From positions 29,016,001-29,080,000 of the forward strand of contig NC_043018.1 of assembly GCF_006345805.1 (NCBI RefSeq): DNA of 64,000 nucleotides, given 5' to 3'. This document shows positions 54,624-64,000 of the stretch, in pieces. The position numbers were made by a program, and so were the translations under genes. Positions within the stretch are counted from its first letter, which is position 1. Each line of letters starts with the position of its first letter. Under the pieces are notes generated by a model that was not told the DNA's origin, searched no databases, and saw only the letters and a program-made list of their open reading frames with translations. This DNA comes from Octopus sinensis. Its lineage: Eukaryota.

Positions 54624-54679
<56 letters not shown>

Positions 54680-54684
<5 letters not shown>

Positions 54685-54900
54685 CGTTTAAATATTTGTT
54701 GTGCAAGATTTTCTATGTGAAGTCGTGTGTTGAAACATATATTGTTATATTTCGGAATGGTCATATTGCCATTTAGCCGAAATAAGATTAAGGTTAATGT
54801 AAAAAATAAATAACACTGAAGCAAAATAACACCAAATATATAGTGCATGTGTTTTTATTGGCTAAACTGGCAATATGACCATTCCGAAATATAACGATAT
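54680..54900. mobile_element. Small fold-back element with ~40-bp inverted arms in (AT)n
   Basis: gttatatttcggaatggtcatattgcca.tttagcc / ggctaaactggcaatatgaccattccgaaatataac; a single arm also lies at about 24712-24750. Confidence 0.6.
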
Positions 54901-55445
54901 ATATATATATATAATATATATATATATATATAGATGTATATATGTGTGTGTGTTTGTGTGTATAGATATACAGATAGATAGACAGGTATATATATATATA
55001 TATTATATATATATATAATATATATATATATACACACAGACATAGACATGCGTATATTTAGATACACAAATACAAGCACGAATATTTATATGTATATACA
55101 TATATAATAAATATATGACGGTAAAAATTATTAGAGATAATAATTTATACCAGTGGCCAGCATGCGTAAAAAATTGTCTGTAGACCATAAAATATTTATA
55201 TATATATATACATATGTGTGAATAAATTACACACTGAGAAGAGAACCACTGGATGGTTTCTTTGCATGCTGGAAAAAGATGTCAAATACTCAAACCCGTA
55301 TTTTTTGTATTTTTTTGTATTTTTTAGGGGACTTGACAAATTTTTTTCCAACATGGTATGATTTAAGTATATCATTGTTGAATTGCTACATGGTGGTTCT
55401 CCTCTAATTTATATACATACATACATACATACATACATACATACA

Positions 55446-55493
<48 letters not shown>

Positions 55494-55735
55494 ATGGTTG
55501 TATACTGTCAATCTAACAAGAACGTGACAGTAGGGGGTACACCACCGTTATATAGCCCTAGGAGGCATCGAACGCCTCCTGACAGCTTCGACACATTTTA
55601 TCCTGTGTCCTTATATACACATACGAAGGGGAGACAAACACCCCCAACCGCCGGAACTGCATCTAGGGACACCGTGTTTCAGGATCATTGTCCTTCATCG
55701 GCCTAGAGTAGCAGACACCGGTCAGCTGGCGATAT
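55494..55735 (-). mobile_element. Hammerhead-bearing non-coding repeat interrupted by the ORF1-only element (probably continues at 57462-57510)
   Basis: Homologous to 33787-34075; split at the 11-bp TSD. Confidence 0.7.
55662..55707 (-). ncRNA. Minimal type I hammerhead ribozyme (U4C)
   Basis: tctagg CCGATGA agga-caatga-tcct GAA ACACGGTGT C cctaga. Confidence 0.78.
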
Positions 55736-57450
55736 TATATCTTTATTATGGGCACGATGGCCCGAATGAAGACGAGACATTACAAGACGGAACGTGGGGT
55801 ACATAAAGTAAAAATAAAATATGAAATAAAGATGAATTATATGTAATGAGATACAGTTCCGTTTAAAATACAATTTTACATTTTATACTTTTACAATTTA
55901 CAATTTTACATTTTAACATTACATATATTCCAGTTCAAAATACAATTTTACATTTTACAATTTACAATGTTACAATTTAAAAATCTCAGTTCTATTGGAC
56001 GTTGGTCCGTAATGTACTTTGTCAACTCCATTTGCTCCACCACATTTGGCAAATTCTGATAACATACGTAATACGTTGAATAAACCTGCTCAAACATACT
56101 TTTGAAATTACAAAATGTTCCTTTATCTACAAGTACCCCTTTCATATCGTCATCATGGAGTTCTGGGTGTAATTTAACCCTAATTAATCCCTTCCTACCT
56201 GCAAGTCTTTTCTCCACTTCTGTGTCTTTCACATATAACATCAATACTTTCAGATATTTTCCTTCAGGTCTTTTTCCTTTTTTACATGCATCCAACTGTT
56301 CTCTCACTTTTTTGCTCCATTCTAAGTGTACCTCTGTCATCGTCTATTCGTCCTTTTCTTTGCACCTTCTCTCTTTTTCTTCTGTTATCTTGCTTTTGGT
56401 TTTTTTCTTCTTTAGAACTTTCGGTGGTGATTCCACCCTTGTTCTCTTCCTATCTCCTGTTCTTTCCTCCTCTGCGCTTGAACGTTCTTCTTCCATATCC
56501 TCATTTAGCTGCTCCTCCGTTTGTGCCTCCACTGCTTTCGTTTCCTCCTGCACTTCTCCCTCCTCCACACACGCATCTTTACACTCCTCTATTACAGCCT
56601 CCGTTGCTTTCGTTCTTTCCAGCGGGCACACATCCTTCATGTGGCCCCTTAATTTACAATGATAGCAGACTGGGGGGTCTTCCCTCTACCACGACTCTAA
56701 GCCGTGTCTCATCAGGGAAGACCAACTCCTCCGGGATGTTGTACAGGTCTCGCACGGTTATATGTGCCAGTACCTGCACCGTATATCCCCACCACTTAAC
56801 CTCTGTTGACTTCTCCACCTTCAACACCTCCACACTTTCCTTGCAGTTAAAAACTACTGCCGCCAATAACCTCTCCATGTTCATTTCGGGCGAAATTCTA
56901 CCAATTCTTATCCTCACTGCCCTCCTTCCACAGTAACTTGGTAGTAACGTCCAACTATCCGTTTTCAAAATTCTTGTTGCATTCTTTCTTGCTTCATTTT
57001 CAGTTTTAAAATATACCACCACTGTGGCATATTACCTTCCTCTTTTGAAAAATGTGGGTTCACCCTCAATTTCCTTCAGACACTTTTCTACTTCTTCCGT
57101 TTCTGCTACTTCTATTTTTTTCGACGCCACACACCATGTCCTGTACGTTATCATTCGCTTCTCCGCGTTGTTTTCTTCTTCCTCGGACGGTGTGACTCTC
57201 ACGCAGTCACCCTCCCTCTTCAAACTGTCGAAATACTTCTCTAGAGTTTTCTGTTCGACCACCACTTCTTCCATTTCCAGTTCACTGGCAACTAGGCCTC
57301 TACCTGCTGCTCTCGCATAAGTCTGCTCTTGCATTTTCAAAAATCTCCCCAAAAAATTTTCCACGTCCTCCAGCAACGAACTCGAACTCACAACCTCTTC
57401 ACAATGACGCACTCGAAACGAACACACCAGAATAACCCCAAAAAAAGGAG
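55736..57450 (-). mobile_element. ORF1-only ('half-LINE') Tx1-like retroelement with 11-bp TSD
   Basis: TSD gctggcgatat at 55725-55735 and 57451-57461; single ORF1; 3' end gggc-catcgt-gccc at AATAAA, like the Tx1 tails; no endonuclease or RT. Confidence 0.82.
55948..57334 (-). pseudogene. Tx1-like ORF1 with CCHC knuckle; two stops and one frameshift
   Basis: VVYFKTENEARKNATRILKTDSWTLLPSYCGRR...LRVVVEGRP/VCYHCKLRGHMKDVC aligns with VVFHTEDLARRFSTLTLHSDELQLTPSYRGQK...LYVVVDGRRLRCYICGSEQHLKKDC of the 4.3-kb LINE. Confidence 0.82.
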
Positions 57451-57525
57451 GCTGGCGATATCTGTCTGGACTTCGTATCTGTATATATCTATAGTCAGTG
57501 AAGTCAATATTTCTTATATATATTA

Positions 57526-57587
<62 letters not shown>

Positions 57588-57588
<1 letters not shown>

Positions 57589-58440
57589 CCCCTTGATCAC
57601 CTTGTCCTACCAGTCCGTCAGGCGTCCATTTGACACCGCTGGTCATAGCACGCTGTCCACTCCTCTCTGGATCGCACCTTTCTCATCCACGTGATCCCAA
57701 TCGTCCTCCTGAAATCGTAACTCCACCGTCGTGGAGGTCTTCCGGGTGGTCTTTTCCGCTCGCGCGGGTACCACTCGACAACTGCGTGGGTCCACCGATT
57801 ATCGGTGAGCCGGGCGACGTGTCCAGTCCATCTAAACTTGCTGCGTGTATACTCTGCGATGACATCTCTCACGCCGGACTTCTTTCTGATGATCTCGCTA
57901 CTGATGTGCTCTCTCAACGAGATATCAAGCATTGACCTTTCCATGGCTCTTTGAGCCGTTATCAGTCTTTGCTCTTCTATCTTTGTGGTATCCCATGTTT
58001 CATTACCATATAACATTGCAGGCAGAACTACATTGTTAATGAGGTTGGTGCGGGTGGTCCTGTCCAACCTTCCCTTGAGCACATCGCTCTAGAGTGCTAC
58101 TGGTAACATGTAATCCAGTACAACCTGTTGCATGGTCGGGACGTCGGTGACTAAACTGACAACCCCACCAGGTTCGCTTGCTGAGGAGGGTGCTGTTGAC
58201 TCCCTGTGGGATGGAAAAATAAGACCCAACAAAGGGCGGATGAACTCCTGAATAGTCAACGGCCATCCAACAAAATGCCGGCTTGCCCGCCCAGCCAGTG
58301 GGATGGCGTCATCTTAGGACTAAAACAGCACGAAGAACGAAGAGAAAAGGAAAAGGGCCTCAGTACCCTGCACGTCAATCGGGCCACTCCATGACGACGG
58401 TGGAGTGCAACTCGAGCGACGAGAGGCTGCTAAGAATCAC
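57588..58440 (-). mobile_element. RTE-clade element: RT C-terminus and 3' end (57588-58082) joined to a non-coding, 5'-UTR-like segment (58083-58440)
   Basis: LPAMLYGNETW, RWTGHVAR..DNRWT, KRPPGRPPRRW; short repeated tail caaggtgatcaaggggat; (AT)n on both sides. Confidence 0.82.
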
Positions 58441-58454
58441 AAAGAATATATATA

Positions 58455-58650
58455 TATAGTACAACATGGGACAAGAACGCAAAACATTCGGACAGTTAGG
58501 TGATACAAAAAGGGACGACAACTAGATTATACTCACAATAAACTGGTTCTTGACTGAAGATAGAAAACTTCGAATGACTCGTCCTTGCTCTCTTTGTATC
58601 GTCTGGATGTTTTGTCCGGATGGTTTGCGTTTGTGTCCTATTTTGTATTA
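58455..58650. mobile_element. Small degenerate fold-back element in (AT)n
   Basis: tacaacatgggacaagaacgcaaaacattcggaca / tgtccggatggtttgcgtttgtgtcctattttgta. Confidence 0.5.
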
Positions 58651-58679
58651 TATATATATATATATATATATATTCATTT

Positions 58680-58870
58680 GCTTATTTACTTGTTTCAGTT
58701 ATTTGACAGCAGCCATGCTGGAGCACCGCCTTTAATCGAGCAAATTGACCTTAGGACTTATTCTTTGTAAGCCTAGTACTTATTCTATCGGTCTCTTTTG
58801 CCGAAACACTAGGTTATGAGGACGTAAACACACCAGCATCGGTTGTCAAGTGATGTTGGTGGGACAAACT
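58680..58870 (-). mobile_element. SINE family A, 3' half
   Basis: Family consensus. Confidence 0.8.
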
Positions 58871-59254
58871 GTACTTTGCTGAGTCGTGATGAATGAATCA
58901 CTACGTAAATATGTACAATAATGTACTGTCTAAAAGAATATAGATATAAAGTCTACATAGCTGTTATCGCCAATAAATCTCCATGTTCTCATATCTGAAG
59001 CATACAATGGCAGAAAAATGTTGGTAAGTAATGAAAATATATGACTTTGTTTCACTTGTTTTATTTTTCGATAAATCAAGCTTTTATGGTCAGTGTAAAT
59101 TTATTTACGTCAATTAAAATGTGATTTATAAAGCTACGTTAGTCTACCAGCCGAGAAAAAACTATGTATTTTTCACGAAAAAGAAAAAAAATATCTGAAA
59201 ATCTGAAAGGTTACTAATTTTGGTAGCATCAAAATAATAATAATTATTATTATT

Positions 59255-60520
59255 ACTATAGGCACAAGGTCTGAAATTTAGGGGAAGGAGATTGATGAAC
59301 TACATCGATTCCAATGCGTAACTATTACTTATTTCATCGATCCCGAAAGGATGAAAGGCAAAGTCGACCTCGGAGGAATTTGAACTCAGAAGGTAGCGGC
59401 AGACGAAATACCGCTAAGCATTTCGCCCGGCGTGCTAACGTTTCTGCCGCCTTATATAATTTCTAATACTGCCATCAAGCTTGTGACTTCAGGTGAATGG
59501 ACAAGTCTACTACAAAGATACCAGTGGTCATCTTGTAATTATTTTATCGTAAGTTGACAGCAAAAATAGATCTTAGCGAGATTTTGGACTCAGAAATTAC
59601 AGAACGGGAAGAAATACCTATTTCTTTACTACCCACAAGGGGCTAAACACAGAGAGGACAAACAAGGACTTAATCCGTTTGTCTGTCCTTGTTCGTCCTC
59701 TCTGTGTTTAGCTCCTTGTGGGTAGTAAAGAAATTGGTATTTCGTCTGTCTTTACGTTCTGAGTTCAAATTCCGCCGAAGTCGACTTTGCTTTTCATCAT
59801 TTCGGGGTCGATAAATTAAGTACCAGTTACGCCATGGAGTCGATGTAATCGACTTAATACCTATGTCTGTCCTTATTTGTCCACTCTGTGTTGAGTCCAT
59901 TGTGGGTAGTAAGGAAATAGCTATTTCGTCTGTATTTACGTTCTGACTTCAAATTCCGTCGAGGTCGACTTTGCCTTCCATCCTTTCGAGGTCGATAAAA
60001 TACCAGTTGCGTACTGCGGTCGATCTAATCGACTGGCTCCCTCCTCCAAAATTCTGGGCCTTGTGCCTAGAGTAGAAAAGAATATTGGAAATAATTCAAG
60101 GTAGCAAACTGGCTGAATTCTTAAGGAACAGGACAAAAGGATTGTCAGTAACACGTCTTTACGTTCTGCGTTCAAATTCCACCGAGGTCGACTTTTCGTT
60201 TTAGCCTTTTGATATCTACAAAATAAATATTAGTTGAATATAATCGTCTTATCCCCTATCTCGAAATTGATGGATTGGTGCCATATTTTGAAATCAATAT
60301 ATTTGACCATATTAAGGCGGTGAGCTGGCAGAACCGTTAGCAGGCCGGGCAGCATGCTTAGCGGAATTTCATACGTCTTTACGCTTTAAGTTCAAATCCC
60401 GCTGAGGTTGACTTTGCTTCTTTTCATTTTGGGGTCGACAAAATAAGTTCTAGTGAAACACTGGAGTCGACGTAACCCCGCCTCTATAATGCTGGTCTTG
60501 TGCCAAAATTTGAAACCATT
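59255..60520. mobile_element. Cluster of SINE family B copies in both orientations
   Basis: 59255-59452 -, 59470-59669 -, 59670-60085 + (repeated body), 60098-60300 +, 60314-60520 +. Confidence 0.8.
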
Positions 60521-60649
60521 ATTAGAAAGAATTATTTTTATTGGCATTATTCCATTATCTCAAGCATTATTCTGCCATTAACGTTTGTATAGTAATAGAA
60601 GAGTATTTATAAATTGAAGGATTTAATTTAATACACCAACATAAACGTA

Positions 60650-61330
60650 CATGTGTGTATCTGTGTGTGTGTGCTAGTGGTTGTCTGCATATGTGTGTAT
60701 GTGCATGTGTGTCTACTTGTGTATGTGTGCGGGTGTTTGTGTGTATGTTGGTATTTTTGTGTATGTGTGTGCATCTGTGTACGTGTGTGCTTGTGTGCAT
60801 GTATGTACGCGTGTGTTTGTGTATATGTGTGTGCATGTGTGTGTGTGCATATGTGTGTGTGTGCATGTGTGTGTACGTGTGTATGTCTGTGTGTGGGAGT
60901 GTTTGTGTGTGTCTTTATGTGTGTGTTTATGTTTGTGTGTATGTGTGTATCTGTGTGTATGTATGTGTGTATCTGTATATGCGTGTGTTTGTGTATATGT
61001 GTGTGTATGTGTGTGTGTACATGTGTGTGTGTATGTCCGCCCGTGCGTGTGTTTAGAATACCGAAATAACAGTGTACTTTACTTTCGTCAGGCGGATGAG
61101 GGTGGCTCTGATTAGATCATTTCAACGAAGTAAACACTTGGATTTATAAGGTTAGGAAATTAATGGAGACTGTGGTGGTGGTGGTGGTGGTGGTGGTGGT
61201 CTTTTGATGGTGGTGGTTCTTGTGGTGGTGGTGATGATGGTGTTGATGTTTGTGCGGGTGTTGGTAGTGATGGTGGTCTTTGTGGTTGTTGTCGTGATAG
61301 TCTTTGTGGTAGTGCTGATGGTTGTGTTAG
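60650..61330. repeat. Degenerate (GT)n block and (GGT)n tract
   Basis: Direct reading. Confidence 0.9.
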
Positions 61331-61515
61331 GACAATAATTGTATTTCAGAATCTATTACCCCTTTCCTTCCTACTGTCATTGAAACTGCGGCCATGCTGA
61401 TGCACCACCTTGATGGGTTTTCATTGAACAAATCGAATCAAGTACCTGTTTGTTTTTAATTATTCTATTCATGTCGTTTAGCGAACCCCTAATTTAGTAT
61501 CGCACGTTCAGTCCA

Positions 61516-62083
61516 TCAGGACTTCCTGCTGTCACCTATTCTGTATATGTTGGCTTTCGAGCCACTGCTGCGGAAGTTGGAACAATGAAGAGGCCTCCCT
61601 TTCGAAATTGGACTCGGGAGGGCAGTGTCGGCGTACACTGACGACGTCCCAGTTATTGTGTCGGACGCTTCTGAAGTGGAATCGGTCGTCTCCATTGCAA
61701 GGGAATGTGAGGCGGTTGCAGGGGCCAAAATCAACGACGACAAGTCTCTGGGATTGCGACTGGGTCCCTGAAGAGGCAAATCGATGCAGTCGGACGCTGG
61801 ATAAAAACTGAGAATGGGTGACGAACATGTTGGCCTGTCTTTAGTAGAGAGGAAATTGTCCCAGACAGGTCGGGCAGAGATGGTGAATTCCTACATCGCA
61901 TCTGTCATTATTTATCTTCTGATTGTCGTGCCTTGCCTCAGTTACTGCCATGTACTATGTATACTGCCCTTCTGTTAATGTCTACCATGAATACTTTTTT
62001 CCATTATGTGTGAGGACCCATACTTTATGTTTGTATTTGTATTGTACCATTTCAACCTTCTCCCTGGTGGTAAATAAGAGAAA

Positions 62084-62085
<2 letters not shown>
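61516..62085 (+). mobile_element. Old, internally deleted Tx1-like LINE fragment ending in (ATT)n
   Basis: LSPILYMLAFEPLLRKL, SAYTDDV, GAKINDDKSLGLRLG, GRAEMVNSYIASVI, homologous to 8720-9245; then a different 3' UTR. Confidence 0.8.
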
Positions 62086-62143
<58 letters not shown>

Positions 62144-62401
62144 TATTATTATTATTATTATTATTATCATTATTATTATTATTGTTGTTGTTGTACTCAT
62201 ATGTACAGTATATTCTATTTAAACTTCTGTGCGACATATGTTTCTGCTGTATGGATATATCATAACGTTCTGTGTTAATTTGCAACCTGATGGTTCCTCT
62301 GCAACCATATTTGATCCTGGTTAAAAACGCATCAGTCAGTTTTATTCGTGTAGTAGCCGCTAACAAAGTTTGAAACAAATATATATGTATGTGTGTGTGT
62401 G

Positions 62402-62448
<47 letters not shown>

Positions 62449-62749
62449 TGAGAGAGAGAATGAGAGTTGAAAGTGATGTACAGTTATTGTATATTGAGGA
62501 AAAAGAGAATTTTGAATAATCTTTTAATAGCGCTTTCCTTCGTTTATCGAACTCGTCAAGATAAAATTATCTTTTTCTATCTATGAAGCAGATCCTGTTT
62601 TTTTCTATTTAAAAGTGGAGAATATTGTTTCTTGTTTTTTTTCTGGAAAAAGGAGTGAGAGAGAGAGAGAAAAGCAAAGAGATAGAAATAGACATGAGAG
62701 AGGTTTGAGGAGAATCAAGTAAGAGGAGAAAAAATAATGAGGGATAAAG

Positions 62750-62751
62750 GA

Positions 62752-62850
<99 letters not shown>

Positions 62851-63415
62851 AGACAGACAGAGAGGAGAGGGTTCTTTTCAATTCAATGCGGTCAATCCAT
62901 TGAAGTTTCATTACAAAGCATTTTTCTTTCTTTCTTTCTTTCTTTTTTCTTCACACTGTATACCTACCAACATATTTGTAGATAAACTTATTTTCTCACA
63001 AGGGCTGGTGACCTTTCACAGATGTCAATTTTAGGAAGTAGATTCCGCACGGTTTCCGTCTACCGAATTCACTCATTAGGAATCTCTCAACCCGGAGCTA
63101 CTGTAGATGCCTTGTCTAGAGTACCACACAGTGGGACTGAAACCGAAACTAAGTGGTTACAAAGCAAGTTTCTTTATTAGACAGCCATGCGTTTGATTAT
63201 GTATGTTGCAAAATACTAGTAGGAAAATGAATCGATGCGGCGAACGTTTTCCTGAGAATCAGTTTATATGTAAATAAGTATGTGTCCGTATTTGTAGCTG
63301 CGTTGGAATTCATTTCTTAATAGATATTGTGGATGTAAATAGACATACATATTTAAACACACACACGCATATATATATACAGAGAGAGGCAGACATAAAT
63401 ACATACATATATATG

Positions 63416-63487
<72 letters not shown>

Positions 63488-63505
63488 TAAGAAAAATATT
63501 ATTAT

Positions 63506-63577
<72 letters not shown>

Positions 63578-63694
63578 AGACAGACAGAGAGGAGAGGGTT
63601 CTTTTCAATTCAATGTGGTCAATCCATTGAAGTTTCATTACAAAGCATTTTTCTTTCTTTCTTTCTTTCTTTTTTCTTCACACTGTATACCTAC
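62750..63694 (+). repeat. Near-identical ~190-bp direct duplication (about 62770-62968 and 63507-63694)
   Basis: (AGAC)(ATAG)n ataaagacagacagagaggagagggttcttttcaattc...cacactgtatacctacc occurs twice; a family A SINE fragment lies between them (63050-63190). Confidence 0.88.
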
Positions 63695-64000
63695 CGCGGT
63701 ACGAGTTGTTAAAGTTATCGGTAAACGTTTTTGATTTTCACTCTCGATAAATTCATCCCCTTTTTGTGTTCCCAGCACACGGCATCTTTATTTAGGAGCC
63801 CTTAATTGTATAACTACATGAATAATATTTTTCTATATGAATAATATTTTTGTCTTATGACTAATTCGTCTTTTGTGCTGGGCACCTGGTAGTAAATAAT
63901 ATTACTACCCTTTTTGTTTATATTCGCATACTACATGATGGATTTATTCGTAAAATTCTTCCCGGCATGCCCGTGTAAATTTTGCGTCTGCGCAGAGATT

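Overview
AT-rich, microsatellite-dense animal DNA with no recognisable host gene. The SINE repertoire and (AT)/(GATA)/(TAA) tracts suggest an octopod cephalopod (inference). The window is a patchwork of mobile elements. It holds a full-length but disrupted Tx1/L1-clade LINE (4310-10542) and two 5'-truncated relatives, all inserted in (ATCT)n with the same polarity. It also holds an ORF1-only Tx1-like element with an 11-bp TSD, a bipartite RTE-like non-autonomous element, two dead mariners, two non-autonomous Helitrons, a Penelope GIY-YIG fragment and many tRNA-derived SINEs of three families. The least obvious signal is a set of at least seven minimal type I hammerhead-ribozyme folds in short, non-coding Penelope/retrozyme-like elements with tandem and fold-back structure. 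Their catalytic 3-8 pair covaries (C-G, U-A, G-C). All folds and alignments were made by eye; no database search was run.
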